From: Candidatus Cloacimonadota bacterium
Lineage (GTDB): Bacteria > Cloacimonadota > Cloacimonadia > G963667145
Assembly (NCBI GenBank): GCA_963667255.1
Contig: OY762940.1
Location: forward strand, 1,088,001-1,152,000
Length of the DNA: 64,000 nucleotides
Direction: 5' to 3'
Positions 26,859-37,475 of this stretch are shown piece by piece (position 1 is the first letter of the stretch; each line of letters opens with the position of its first letter). A program made the translations under genes and the position numbers. The notes below the pieces were generated by a model. That model had not been told where the DNA came from. It did no database searches and saw only the letters and a program-made list of their open reading frames with translations.

Positions 26859-29234
26859 ATGAAAATTTCTTTGAAATGGTTAAGACAGTTTATTGATTTC
26901 GACCTTACGATAGATGAGTTTACCGACAAATTAACTTTTTCTGGTATAGAGGTGGAAGAGGTTATTGATACTCAGACAACCATCAAAGATATTATTGTTG
27001 GCAAGATTGTCAAAGCGGAAAAACATCCCGATGCGGAAAAGTTAAAAGTTTGCACAGTTTTCGACGGGAAAGCTGAACATCAAGTCGTGTGTGGAGCACC
27101 CAATTGTCGTGAAGGCTTACTATCGGCTTTTGCTCCTGTCGATGCAGTAATCGGCGACATCAAGATAAAGAAGGCTAAACTCAGAGGATTGGAATCTTGC
27201 GGTATGCTTTGCAGTAGCAAAGAGCTATCCATCGACAGCGACCACAGTGGCATAATGGAATTGCCCGAAGATGCTGTTGTTGGCTCGCCTTTGTCAGCTT
27301 TAGGTTATGGAGATATTGTTGTCGATGTGGAGATTACGCCCAATAGACCGGATTTATTGGGAATGGTTGGTCTTGCACGCGATATTGCTGCTATTCTCGG
27401 CAAGCCTTACAAAAAGCCGGAAACAAGCGATGTAAAGTTTACTGCGGGGGAATTGCCGTGTGGGATTAAGCTGATTAATAATGTTCCTGAGGCTTCTCCG
27501 AGATTCATTTTGTCCGAGATTAACGGCGTGACCGTCAGCAAGAAAATGCCTTTTTGGATGAGCACCGCTCTTGATTCTAACGGGGTCAATAAGGTTAGCG
27601 ACTTGGTTGGTGTTACCAACTATCTGCTTTTGGAGCAGGGTCAGCCTATGCACGCTTACGATATGGACAAAATTGAGGGTGGAATTATTGAGGTTCGCTT
27701 TGCTAAAAAAGGCGAGAAAATCGAGGCTCTCAACGGTAAGACTTATGAACTTCGGGAGACAGATTTGGTCATTGCCGATGCCGTCAAAGTCCTCAGTATA
27801 GCCGGTGTTATCGGTGGTAAGTCGTCAGCAATTAGTTTGGAAACCAAAAATGTTCTGTTGGAGATAGGGAATTTTTCTTATCCGTTCATTCATAAAACTT
27901 CTCATCATTTCAAGATTTTTACAGATGCTTCTTACCGATGTGAGAGGGATTTGTCGCCAAAGGCTTTGGGAGAAGTTTTGCCCCGAGCAACCGAGATGAT
28001 GGCTCAAGTCGGCAAGGGCAAATTTCAGACTGTTTATGCTGATTCTTGTCCCGAGACAAAAGAGGATATTGTGGTTTCTTTGCGACCATCGAGAGTTCGC
28101 AAATTTCTCAATGTTGAAATTTCCGACAAAAAAATTATCTCTTATTTAACCGATTTGGAGATTAAACTATTGTCTGAAAAAGAAGATTTGTTGGAATTTT
28201 CCGTGCCGTATTTTAGAGGAGATATTTATCGTGAAGCGGATTTGATAGAGGAAATTATCAGACTGCACGGATATAACAATGTCCCCTCGTTTATCAATAA
28301 TCAAGTGATTGGCGATAGATTTAAGAGGGAAATTAAGCGGAAAACCGAAGATTTCCTTGTTCTGAATGGATTTTATCAAGCAATTAATACCAGTTTTGTC
28401 AGCGAAGATTTGAGTAGTGGGATAGTGGACAAACCGATTGTTGAGCTTATTAATCCTCTCGGTGCTGATATGGCTTTTATGCGTCGCGAGTTGCTCCCGC
28501 AATTGCTCAAAAATGTGGAACTCAATCTGAATAAGGGTCAAGAGATTGTTAAGCTGTTTGAGTTGAACAAGGTCTATTTTGCCAAAGAAGATGGATTTGC
28601 TCACGAGCCTTTGCAGTTGGCTATGGTTGCTTGCGGCAAAACCGAAAAAATGCATTGGATGAACAGCGGACACGATTATGGTATTTACGAATTGAAAGGG
28701 ATTTTGGAAGACTATTTGGATTTTCTCGGAGAGGACGATTACAAATATGCTATCTCTCAAAGTGAAACTGTGTTCGAGCCTTCTTGCAGTTTGGATTTGG
28801 AGATTAAGGGGCAAAAATTGGTTAGCTTGGGAAGAGTGAAGAAAGCAATTACAAAGAAATTCGGTATTAAAAAAGATGTTTTTGCTTTGATTTTTGATTT
28901 TGAGAAATCTTTGTCATTGTTTGCTGATAAGAGTTTTCAGTTTGCTTTGCCACAAAAATATCCGTCTGTGAAGAGGGATTTGTCCATTGTTATCGATTTG
29001 AAATACTCTTATGAGGAGATAAAGAAGGCGATAGAGAAAAGTTCCGCTTTTATCCAATCGGTTGAACTTTATGACAAATACGAAGGTAAGGGGATAGACC
29101 AAGAGAAGAGAAGTTTGACATTTGCTCTGAATTTCTTTTCAAAAGAAAAAACCTTGACCGATAGTTTGGTAGCGGAAGACTTTGATAAGATAGTTTGTGA
29201 GTTGCAAGAGAGTTTTGGTGCTAAACTCAGATGA
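26859..29234 (+). CDS. pheT: Phenylalanine-tRNA ligase beta subunit
   Basis: HPDAEKL, VCGAPN, TPNRPD, DLIEEI.R..GY and RDLS motifs. Confidence 0.95.
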   Translation: MKISLKWLRQFIDFDLTIDEFTDKLTFSGIEVEEVIDTQTTIKDIIVGKIVKAEKHPDAEKLKVCTVFDGKAEHQVVCGAPNCREGLLSAFAPVDAVIGDIKIKKAKLRGLESCGMLCSSKELSIDSDHSGIMELPEDAVVGSPLSALGYGDIVVDVEITPNRPDLLGMVGLARDIAAILGKPYKKPETSDVKFTAGELPCGIKLINNVPEASPRFILSEINGVTVSKKMPFWMSTALDSNGVNKVSDLVGVTNYLLLEQGQPMHAYDMDKIEGGIIEVRFAKKGEKIEALNGKTYELRETDLVIADAVKVLSIAGVIGGKSSAISLETKNVLLEIGNFSYPFIHKTSHHFKIFTDASYRCERDLSPKALGEVLPRATEMMAQVGKGKFQTVYADSCPETKEDIVVSLRPSRVRKFLNVEISDKKIISYLTDLEIKLLSEKEDLLEFSVPYFRGDIYREADLIEEIIRLHGYNNVPSFINNQVIGDRFKREIKRKTEDFLVLNGFYQAINTSFVSEDLSSGIVDKPIVELINPLGADMAFMRRELLPQLLKNVELNLNKGQEIVKLFELNKVYFAKEDGFAHEPLQLAMVACGKTEKMHWMNSGHDYGIYELKGILEDYLDFLGEDDYKYAISQSETVFEPSCSLDLEIKGQKLVSLGRVKKAITKKFGIKKDVFALIFDFEKSLSLFADKSFQFALPQKYPSVKRDLSIVIDLKYSYEEIKKAIEKSSAFIQSVELYDKYEGKGIDQEKRSLTFALNFFSKEKTLTDSLVAEDFDKIVCELQESFGAKLR

Positions 29235-29464
29235 ACAGATTATCTGCAATAGAAGAAAAAATTAGCAGGCTTGTGGAGAGGTGTAGGGAGTTGGAATTGG
29301 AGGCAAATCAAGGTGTTGTAAATTTTTCTGAACCTGACTTTGTTTCTGAGAATTTGGAAAATGAGTTAAATAATCTTAGGGAACAGTTGGGGAAGAAAGA
29401 CGATAAATTGAAAAAAATTGCTTCCAAGATGGAAAAATTAGAAAATCTTGTGAAAGATTTATGA
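29231..29464 (+). CDS. Coiled-coil protein (ZapB-like)
   Basis: Short heptad-rich ORF in the conserved pheT-zapA position. Confidence 0.55.
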   Translation: MNRLSAIEEKISRLVERCRELELEANQGVVNFSEPDFVSENLENELNNLREQLGKKDDKLKKIASKMEKLENLVKDL

Positions 29465-29727
29465 CGAGTTCCGATAATAAGGTTCCTGTACAACTTAATA
29501 TTTTTGGCATTTCTTACAAATTTATGGTGGATGCAGGGAGTGAAGACAAATTTAAAATTTGTGCAGAAAAATTAAATAAACTGATAAGTCAAGAAAGTGC
29601 GAAGAGGGGAGACGCGATGTCTCAAATCAAGATTTTAGTTTTGCTTTGCTTGGATTTTTTGTCTAATCAGATAGATAGTGAAGAAGTGATTATCAGAATA
29701 GAAAATTTATTAGATAAAAGCCTGTAA
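29461..29727 (+). CDS. zapA: Cell division protein ZapA
   Basis: V.LNIFG..Y N-terminus, and synteny pheT-zapA-6S-rny. Confidence 0.7.
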   Translation: MTSSDNKVPVQLNIFGISYKFMVDAGSEDKFKICAEKLNKLISQESAKRGDAMSQIKILVLLCLDFLSNQIDSEEVIIRIENLLDKSL

Positions 29728-29728
29728 T

Positions 29729-29897
29729 ATTTGTGATAGTTGGCTAATTATATCATTTGAACTAATTATAATTAGGGATGTAAGCTTCTACTTTTGGCTT
29801 GTGCCGAGATTGTACTCGGATTTGCGAAGTAGGTTTAGATGAATATCCCACCTTGAATTTAAGTTCAAGATAAGCTTAGCTACACGGTATTATGGGT
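29729..29897 (+). ncRNA. ssrS: 6S RNA
   Basis: Long irregular hairpin (TTGGCTAA/TTAGCTA, TTGAACT/AGTTCAA, GGGAT...ATCCCACC) with a central bubble, between zapA and rny. Confidence 0.8.
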
Positions 29898-29916
29898 TTT
29901 TGTTTTTTTTAAGGAG

Positions 29917-31470
29917 ATGTTAATGAATTTGCAAACTCTAAATTATACTTTATTTGGTGCTGCCGCATTTTTGGTGGTTTTTATTGTTTTTTTGAAGGTA
30001 AGGCTTTCCGGAAATTATAAGAAAGCTCAGTTAACCATAAAAGAGGCTCAAAAAAAAGCTGAGAAGATTATGAGCCAAAAATTAATTGAAGCTAATAATG
30101 TGATTGCCAAAAAAGAGAAGGTGAGATTAAAAAAGATTGCTGGAAGAGAAGATGAACTCAGAAGGCAGGAGTCGGCTTATAACAAGCGAATTAGCAAGTT
30201 GGATGCAAGGTTGGAGGCTTTGGACAAGAAAGAGGAGAGCTTGAAAGGTCTTGAGGATAAAGTGCAAGAGCAATCCAAAATGGTTGATGAAAAAGAGAGC
30301 AAAATTGACGAATTAATTTTGGCTCAAAACGACAAATTGTCGCAGATTTCCGGATATTCCAAGGACGAAGCTTTGGAAGTTCTTATGGGGAATTTATTGA
30401 CTGATGCCAGAGAGAAAGTTGCTCGCAAAATAAACGACATTGAGCAGGAAGTGAAAGAGAATGCCAAAGAGAAGTCGGCTAAAATTTTGGCGGAAACAGT
30501 GCAAAAATTGGCTGTTGATTATGCTTCCGATTCTGTGGTGAATGTTATTACTTTGCCTTCGGACGAGATGAAGGGTAGAGTGATAGGACGGGAAGGTCGT
30601 AACATCAGGACTTTTGAGAAAGAGACAGGTGTTGATGTGATTGTTGATGATACACCGGGTGCTATCGTTTTGTCTTGTTTTTCCGCTGTCCGCAGAGAGA
30701 TAGCTTCTTATGCGATGCAAAAGCTTATTGAAGACGGGAGAATTCACCCTGCACGAATAGAAGAGGTGGTGGCGAAGTCCAAAGAGGAAATCGAAAGAAG
30801 AATAGCTAATTATGGTAAACAGGCGTGCATAAAAATGAATATCGGAACAGTTAATAAGAATATTGTTAACTTGATAGGTAGGCTTCATTATCGCACGAGT
30901 TATGGGCAAAATGTGCTAAAACACAGCATGGAAGTGGGTTGGATAGCCGGAATGATAGCTTCTGAACTTGGCTTAAATCAAAGACTTGCTAGAAGAGCGG
31001 GATTTTTGCATGATATTGGGAAAGCTATAGATTTTGAGGTGGAGGGAACTCACGCTATTATTGGAGCGAACTTTGCCAAGAAAAATGGCGAAAAGCAAGA
31101 GATTGTTGACGCTATCAAGGCTCACCATGAGGAAGTTGAAGCGACAAATGTTTATTGCCCGATTGTTCAGTCCGCCGATGCTATCTCCGGAGCGAGACCG
31201 GGGGCAAGACGCGAAGTGCTGGAGTCTTATGTTGAGCGTTTGGACAAATTGGAAGAGATTGCCAATTCAATAGAAGGAGTAAAGCAAACTTTTGCCGTGC
31301 AAGCTGGTAGAGAGTTGCGAGTGATTGTTGACCCTGAAAAAATACAAGAAGATAATTGCGTCTTCTTGGTAGAGGATATCGTGAGTAGGATTGAGTCGGA
31401 GATGCAATATCCCGGGCAAATCAAAGTTACTGTTATCAGAGAAAATAGGATGTCAGGCATCGCCAAATAA
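29917..31470 (+). CDS. rny: Ribonuclease Y
   Basis: N-terminal TM, coiled coil, KH domain (KGR.IGREGRNIR) and HD domain (LHDIGK). Confidence 0.95.
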   Translation: MLMNLQTLNYTLFGAAAFLVVFIVFLKVRLSGNYKKAQLTIKEAQKKAEKIMSQKLIEANNVIAKKEKVRLKKIAGREDELRRQESAYNKRISKLDARLEALDKKEESLKGLEDKVQEQSKMVDEKESKIDELILAQNDKLSQISGYSKDEALEVLMGNLLTDAREKVARKINDIEQEVKENAKEKSAKILAETVQKLAVDYASDSVVNVITLPSDEMKGRVIGREGRNIRTFEKETGVDVIVDDTPGAIVLSCFSAVRREIASYAMQKLIEDGRIHPARIEEVVAKSKEEIERRIANYGKQACIKMNIGTVNKNIVNLIGRLHYRTSYGQNVLKHSMEVGWIAGMIASELGLNQRLARRAGFLHDIGKAIDFEVEGTHAIIGANFAKKNGEKQEIVDAIKAHHEEVEATNVYCPIVQSADAISGARPGARREVLESYVERLDKLEEIANSIEGVKQTFAVQAGRELRVIVDPEKIQEDNCVFLVEDIVSRIESEMQYPGQIKVTVIRENRMSGIAK

Positions 31471-32285
31471 TGAAAATTTTGTTCCTTGGGGATATCTATG
31501 GGAGTCCCGGTCGTTACTTGATGGAGAAATATCTTCCTGATATGAAACGGGAATTTGACATTGATTTGTGCATTGCCAATTGTGAAAACCTCAATCATGG
31601 GAGGGGAGTTAGCAAAATGACTATTTTGCAAATGAAAAAAGCTGGAGTAGATGTTTTTACTTCCGGTAATCATTTGTGGGATAACAAACCGAGCTTAGAT
31701 TTTATCGCTGAGAGTCCCGAGATTTTGAAGCCGATTAATGTTCCCAAGAGTGCCTTGGGTGGAGAATATTTTTTGTTTGAAGCACCTAATGGGGAAAAGT
31801 GTGCAGTGGTCAATTTGATAGGACAGATTTTTATGCCGAATGCAGATATGCCGATACCTGCTTTGGAGGAGCTTTTGCAGGCGAAATTAGCCGACTGCCA
31901 AAACATTTTCGTAGATTTCCATGCGGAAGCTACAGCGGAAAAAAGAGTTGTGGGATTTTACTTTGACGGAAAAATTTCTTGCTGTGTAGGAACGCACACT
32001 CATGTTCAGACGACCGATGAGCAAATCTTGCCCGCAGGGACAGGATATATTACTGATGTTGGGATGTGTGGCGGACACTTATCGGGAATAGGTGTAAAGA
32101 AAGAGATAGTGATACAGAAAGCTATTAGCGGTATGCCGGAGAGATATCATCCTTCGTGGGAAGGTCTGGAGATAAACGCTGTTTTTGTGGAGATAAAAGA
32201 CGGGAAGACCGTTAATATTGAGCGAATAAAACGAAAATATGAGCAAGTTAAAAGTAATATCGATTCTGCACCGTCTAAAAACTGA
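31470..32285 (+). CDS. YmdB/TIGR00282-family metallophosphoesterase
   Basis: GDI.G, N.EN, TSGNH, DFHAEAT.EK and GTHTHVQT motifs. Confidence 0.9.
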   Translation: MKILFLGDIYGSPGRYLMEKYLPDMKREFDIDLCIANCENLNHGRGVSKMTILQMKKAGVDVFTSGNHLWDNKPSLDFIAESPEILKPINVPKSALGGEYFLFEAPNGEKCAVVNLIGQIFMPNADMPIPALEELLQAKLADCQNIFVDFHAEATAEKRVVGFYFDGKISCCVGTHTHVQTTDEQILPAGTGYITDVGMCGGHLSGIGVKKEIVIQKAISGMPERYHPSWEGLEINAVFVEIKDGKTVNIERIKRKYEQVKSNIDSAPSKN

Positions 32286-33096
32286 AATAAATGCTGACTT
32301 GAAGAAGTTGGGCAGAGTTCCCACTTTGGCTGTGATTTTGGTTGATGGCGATGAAGCCTCTTCTATCTATTCCGAGAGCATCCAAAAAAAAAGTTGGGAA
32401 TTGGGTATAAATTGCGAAATTGTTAAATTGCCTTCTTCCGTTTCTCAAAAAGAGTTGGAAGGTGTTCTTATCTCAGCTGGGAATGATAGCGAAATTGACG
32501 GGATAATGATTCAGCGACCATTGCCAAAATCTATAAACATTGACTCCATTTGCTCGTATTTGCCGGCAGAGAAAGATGTTGAGGGAATTACCAACGAAAG
32601 CTTGGGAAAAATTTTGTCAGGAGATAAAGCTCCCGAGCCTTGCACAGCCAAAGCGGTTTATGAAATTATCAAGCATTATGGGTTGTTGCAATTTGGCAGT
32701 AAGATTGCGTTGATGGGCATTTCAACTTTGGTTGGCAAGCCTCTTCTCAATTTGCTGGCTTATCGTGGCGGAGTCGAGATAACGATGATTGACATCAATA
32801 CTCCCAATCCTCAAAAATATACCAAGCAAGCAGATTTGCTGGTCGTAGCCATAGGTGACCCCGAGGCAGTGACTTCCGATTATCTCAAAGAAGGTGCTGT
32901 GGTGATAGATGTGGGAATTAATCAGGTTTGCAAAAACGGCGAAGAAGTGGTGGTTGGCGATGTTGATTATGAAGATTGCTCACGGGTCGCTTCCGCTATC
33001 ACAGCAGTTCCCGGAGGAGTTGGCAGAGTTACCACTTTATGTATTTTCAAGAATCTTTTGTTTTTGTGTAACGAGAAGAAATTTTCGGTTTTGTAG
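32239..33096 (+). CDS. folD: Methylenetetrahydrofolate dehydrogenase (FolD family, atypical)
   Basis: Q.PLP, KDVEG, PCT, VGKP, IDVGIN and T.VPGGVG motifs. Confidence 0.88.
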   Translation: MSKLKVISILHRLKTEINADLKKLGRVPTLAVILVDGDEASSIYSESIQKKSWELGINCEIVKLPSSVSQKELEGVLISAGNDSEIDGIMIQRPLPKSINIDSICSYLPAEKDVEGITNESLGKILSGDKAPEPCTAKAVYEIIKHYGLLQFGSKIALMGISTLVGKPLLNLLAYRGGVEITMIDINTPNPQKYTKQADLLVVAIGDPEAVTSDYLKEGAVVIDVGINQVCKNGEEVVVGDVDYEDCSRVASAITAVPGGVGRVTTLCIFKNLLFLCNEKKFSVL

Positions 33097-33105
33097 GTAA
33101 ATCAG

Positions 33106-34446
33106 ATGTCCGCTTATAAAAATGCTCTCGGAGACAGCAATATTAATAGAGCCCTTCTGAATATGTCGATACCAGCGATTGTGGGGATGAGTGTTGTTGC
33201 GACATACAGTATGGTGGATACGATTTTTGTCGGGCATTGCGTTGGACCGCGTGGCATTGCGGGCATTTTCATCGGATTCCCCTATCAAATTTTCATTATG
33301 TCCGTAGCGATGATGTTGGGAGTTGGGGGAGGTTCTATAATTTCCAGAGCCTTGGGAGAGGGCAACATAGACAAAGCATACACTACGCTGAGCACTGTTG
33401 GCATTGGGACTGTTGTCATCGGAGTGTTAATAACCTTAATCAGCTATTTGTTACTCCCTGTATTTTTGAAATTGTCTGGTGCAAAGGGGCTGGTATTTTA
33501 CCACGCCAAGCCATATTTTGCCGTAATGATTTTGGGCACTGTGTTTTTTATGATTTCCTTAGTTGCCAACTCTCTTTTGCGTGCTGAGGGGAAGAGCAAT
33601 GCAGCTATGTGGATACTGGTTATGGCAGCCGGAATGAATATCATCTTGGATTTTTTTCTGATATATTTGTTCAATATGGGAACATTCGGAGCGTCCTTGG
33701 CTACAGTGATAGCCGAAATAACTGCAGTTATTTATGTTGGATTTCACTTTTCCAAACACGGTAGCAGGATACATTTTGAGAAAATGATTTTCAAATGGGA
33801 AATTTTTAAGGAGACACTTGTTCTTGGGTTTTCCTCTTTTATAAATCAGGTAAGTTCCTCTATTTTGTTGGTTGTGCTCAATAACCGTTTGGCTGTTTAC
33901 GGTGGCGGAATTGCCATAGGAATTTTCAGTATTTATCATCGAATGGCAATGCTGATTTGTATGCCTGTTTACGGGCTCGCTCAAGGGATGCAACCTTTGG
34001 CTGGATATCACTTTGGTTCACGAACATTCGATAAGGTCAAAGAGGTTTTTCATAAGGCGACTTTTTGGGCAACGGTAGTCACGACATTGGGATTTGTGAT
34101 TTTGGTTTTTTTCCCGTCTTTTGTCATCAGTATTTTTACCAAGAATGTGGAAATTTTGCCCAAAGGCAGTCACGCTCTAATCCTGTTGAGTTTGGCTTAT
34201 CCTTTGGTAGGCTTCCAGATGATAGGCTCTATGGGGTTTATGGCTATTGGGAAATATCGCCCTGCTTTGATACTCAATACACTCAGACAATTGATTTTCC
34301 TGATTCCCTTTGTTTACCTGTTGGCTCCTTGGCTGGGATTGTTTGGTATTTGGATTTCGTTTCCCATCTCCGATGTTTTGGCTTTTATCGTTACACTTAT
34401 TTTGTATAGACGCTACATTCACAAATTGGAAAAAGAGTATAATTAA
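33106..34446 (+). CDS. MATE-family efflux transporter (MepA-like)
   Basis: About 12 TM segments, with Y..VDT.FVG, NIILD and GMQP..GY.FG motifs. Confidence 0.88.
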   Translation: MSAYKNALGDSNINRALLNMSIPAIVGMSVVATYSMVDTIFVGHCVGPRGIAGIFIGFPYQIFIMSVAMMLGVGGGSIISRALGEGNIDKAYTTLSTVGIGTVVIGVLITLISYLLLPVFLKLSGAKGLVFYHAKPYFAVMILGTVFFMISLVANSLLRAEGKSNAAMWILVMAAGMNIILDFFLIYLFNMGTFGASLATVIAEITAVIYVGFHFSKHGSRIHFEKMIFKWEIFKETLVLGFSSFINQVSSSILLVVLNNRLAVYGGGIAIGIFSIYHRMAMLICMPVYGLAQGMQPLAGYHFGSRTFDKVKEVFHKATFWATVVTTLGFVILVFFPSFVISIFTKNVEILPKGSHALILLSLAYPLVGFQMIGSMGFMAIGKYRPALILNTLRQLIFLIPFVYLLAPWLGLFGIWISFPISDVLAFIVTLILYRRYIHKLEKEYN

Positions 34447-34448
34447 TT

Positions 34449-35183
34449 ATGAATTGTTATTTTATTTCGGACACACACCTCAAGCCTGTGCCTAAAAGCT
34501 CTGACGATAGAGAGCGACAAATTCGAGTTGTGAAATTTTTGGAAAAGATAACAGGAGAAGCCGATTATTTGATAATCGACGGAGACTTTTTCGATTTGTG
34601 GTATGATTGGTCTAATATCGTTCTTTCCGAATTTTTCCCCGTGTATTTTGCGTTAAGACAGTTGGCAAATTCAGGATGCAAAATCAAAATGTTGTCAGGG
34701 AATCACGATTTCTATTTTCGTTTTTTCTTGCAAAAATATCTTGATATAGAAATATTTGCGGACAGTTGTAGCTTGGAAATTGACAACAAGAGGGTTTTTG
34801 TAACTCATGGCGATTCTCATAGTCAAAACGATTTTAGATATAAGATTTATAAATACCTTATTCGTTCCAAAATTTTTGAGATATTTTTTGGCATTGTTCA
34901 TCCGGTTACAGCGATAAAAATCGGCTCTCTTGCTTCGAGAAGTTCTAGAAATAGAAAAACTGATACCAAAAAATTAGAAAGAAAAGAGAACGATTTTTTG
35001 CAATTTGCTGAAAACAAAATAAAAAACGAAAATTTTGATTTGGTTGTAATGGGGCACACTCACAATCCTATTTTAAAAAAAATAGAGAACGGTTTTTATG
35101 CCAATTGTGGAGATTGGCTTACACACAACTCATTTGTTCAGTTAAAAGACGGCAAAGTTTTTTTAGATAGGTTTGAGTTTTGA
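34449..35183 (+). CDS. UDP-2,3-diacylglucosamine diphosphatase (LpxH-like)
   Basis: ISD.HL, GDFFD.W, GNHD, HGD, GHTH and N.GDW motifs. Confidence 0.8.
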   Translation: MNCYFISDTHLKPVPKSSDDRERQIRVVKFLEKITGEADYLIIDGDFFDLWYDWSNIVLSEFFPVYFALRQLANSGCKIKMLSGNHDFYFRFFLQKYLDIEIFADSCSLEIDNKRVFVTHGDSHSQNDFRYKIYKYLIRSKIFEIFFGIVHPVTAIKIGSLASRSSRNRKTDTKKLERKENDFLQFAENKIKNENFDLVVMGHTHNPILKKIENGFYANCGDWLTHNSFVQLKDGKVFLDRFEF

Positions 35184-35242
35184 TAAAAAGCAACGGGATA
35201 TTTGTAAAAGTGAGTAAATGAAATTAATAAAAGGGGATTATT

Positions 35243-36001
35243 GTGGCTAAGTATAATGTTTCTTCGTCGGTTGGAAAGGCTTTTCGTCTATTGGAGTGTA
35301 TAGCCGCCAATCAACCGATGACTGCACCCGAAGTTTCTCAAAAGTTAAAATTTAACAAGACTAATACTTACAGATTGTTATCGACTTTGAGTGAAATTGG
35401 CTATATTTATAAAGGAGACAGAGGATATAATTTAACATTTAAGCTTTTGTCTTTGGGCAGAACTGCTCCGGTGACCAAAGTTATCAAAAATATTGCCGAG
35501 CCTGTTATGGAAAAATTGATGAACTTGGTGCATGAAAATGTGTATCTTACAAGTATGATAGATACAAAGGTATTTGCAATTCATACTATTAGGTCGCCTG
35601 AACACCATCTTATGCTTAATCCCGAGAAAACTTCCGTTTTCCCTATCCATTCTTGTTCTTCAGGAAAATTATTTTTGGCATATTTGCCCAAAGATAAAAG
35701 GGGAAAAATAATGAGCAAATTAAAATTTGAGAAATTAACCGAAACCACTATCACAGACAAAGATAAATTTATTAAAGAGTTGGATAAATGTAAAAAGCAA
35801 GGATATGCTATCGAGAATAGAGAATTTTCGGATGAACTTATAAGCATTAGTGCTCCTATTTTTGGTGTAGAAGATGAAGTGTTGACTTGTTTGTCTGTTT
35901 CTGGTCCGAATATTAGGATTTCGCATGAATTTTTGGAAAGATACTCGGATGATGTTGTTAGATTTGCTGATGAGATTACCAATCATCTTCGTCTAAATTA
36001 A
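35243..36001 (+). CDS. IclR-family transcriptional regulator
   Basis: N-terminal HTH, P.H.SSGK.FLA, GYA...E and SISAPI motifs. Confidence 0.9.
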   Translation: MAKYNVSSSVGKAFRLLECIAANQPMTAPEVSQKLKFNKTNTYRLLSTLSEIGYIYKGDRGYNLTFKLLSLGRTAPVTKVIKNIAEPVMEKLMNLVHENVYLTSMIDTKVFAIHTIRSPEHHLMLNPEKTSVFPIHSCSSGKLFLAYLPKDKRGKIMSKLKFEKLTETTITDKDKFIKELDKCKKQGYAIENREFSDELISISAPIFGVEDEVLTCLSVSGPNIRISHEFLERYSDDVVRFADEITNHLRLN

Positions 36002-36026
36002 TTTCTATAAAAAAGGAATATTGTTT

Positions 36027-37283
36027 ATGATAGTTTGTAAATTTGGTGGAACATCTTTGGCAGATGCCGAGAATATAAAGAAAGTTGCTTCTATAATCAA
36101 AAGCGACCCAGAGAGGTCAATGGTGGTTGTTTCAGCTCCGGGGAAAAGATTTGATAGTGATATCAAGGTAACAGATTTGTTATACAGTTTGGCTGCAAAT
36201 AAATCGGAGAAGATTAAATTTGAACAAATTTTGCATGAGATAAAATCGAGATTTGTGCAGATGATAAAAGAGCTTGAAGTTGAAGGTAAATCCGTTTTGA
36301 ATAGTTTGGATATTATTGCCGAAGAAATTTTGCAGGGAGTTAGCCAAGATTTTGTAGCATCTCGTGGGGAGTATCTCAACGCTTTGTTGATTAGTGAATA
36401 TATGGGTTTTAAGTTCGTGGATTCTACGGAATTTGTTCGCCTTTATGATGACGGCAGTATTAATCCCGAAACTTATGAATTGGGGAAGAAAGCTCTGGAT
36501 AAAAAAGTGCCGACCATAGTTCCTGGGTTTTATGGACTGGATAGTGGTGGTCATATTAAAACTTTTTCTAGAGGTGGGTCTGATATTTCAGGTGCAATTT
36601 TGGCTGTTTGCGTTGATGCCGATTTGTATCAAAACTGGACAGATGTTTCAGGTGTGTTGGCTGCCGACCCACGCATCGCACAGTCACCTGCTTTAGTCCC
36701 CGAGATTACCTATGCGGAGTTACGACAGCTTGCATGCTTTGGAGCAAATGTTTTTCATAGTGCGGCGATTGCTCCGGTTGCCAGTGCAGGCATTCCGATA
36801 CAGATAAAAAATACGCTAATTCCTGAGGCGGAAGGCACGACTATTTCCTGTGAACGACAAATTGACAAAATGCCCATTGTCGGTGTTTCTGGTTTGCAAA
36901 ATTTGAAAAGAGTTTGGGTGAACAAAGAGAATTTGAGTCAAAAAAACCTTTCCGAGTTAATTAATGAAATTAGTCATTTCGGGTTTAATCCATTCTTTTC
37001 GCGTTTGGCTACAGATTATGCTTATGTCTATGGGACTTGCCTTGAGAGCAGTTCTCCTGATTCTTTGCAATCCAAATTTAATCTTAGCGAAGAAGAGTTC
37101 AGCGTAGTCGGAATTGTAGGACAAAGATTGTCGTGGGACAGGATTTTACCTATGATTAATTCATTGAAATCTATAGATGTTATAGAGGTGAGCTTCGAGG
37201 CTTTATCTTCTACTGTTATAGTTGTAGTAAAGAATTCTGACTACAAAAAAACTTTGCAGATTTTGGCTAAGTTGATAAATTAA
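36027..37283 (+). CDS. lysC: Aspartate kinase
   Basis: KFGGTSLA, VVSAPGKR, SRGE, TFSRGGSD and WTDVSG...ADP motifs. Confidence 0.88.
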   Translation: MIVCKFGGTSLADAENIKKVASIIKSDPERSMVVVSAPGKRFDSDIKVTDLLYSLAANKSEKIKFEQILHEIKSRFVQMIKELEVEGKSVLNSLDIIAEEILQGVSQDFVASRGEYLNALLISEYMGFKFVDSTEFVRLYDDGSINPETYELGKKALDKKVPTIVPGFYGLDSGGHIKTFSRGGSDISGAILAVCVDADLYQNWTDVSGVLAADPRIAQSPALVPEITYAELRQLACFGANVFHSAAIAPVASAGIPIQIKNTLIPEAEGTTISCERQIDKMPIVGVSGLQNLKRVWVNKENLSQKNLSELINEISHFGFNPFFSRLATDYAYVYGTCLESSSPDSLQSKFNLSEEEFSVVGIVGQRLSWDRILPMINSLKSIDVIEVSFEALSSTVIVVVKNSDYKKTLQILAKLIN

Positions 37284-37475
37284 CCCAAAAAAGCCAGTAG
37301 CATAGTTGAAAAATAGAAATATAAAAATCCCCGCAATTTTGTAATAATTTTATTTTACAGTGCGTTGTGAGCTTAAAAAAGATTAAAAATTAATTGACAC
37401 GGACAAAGCTTTTCTTATCTATGCCCGTAGTGACCTGTATATACATAAACTAATTTCAAATAAGGAGAGATATAA

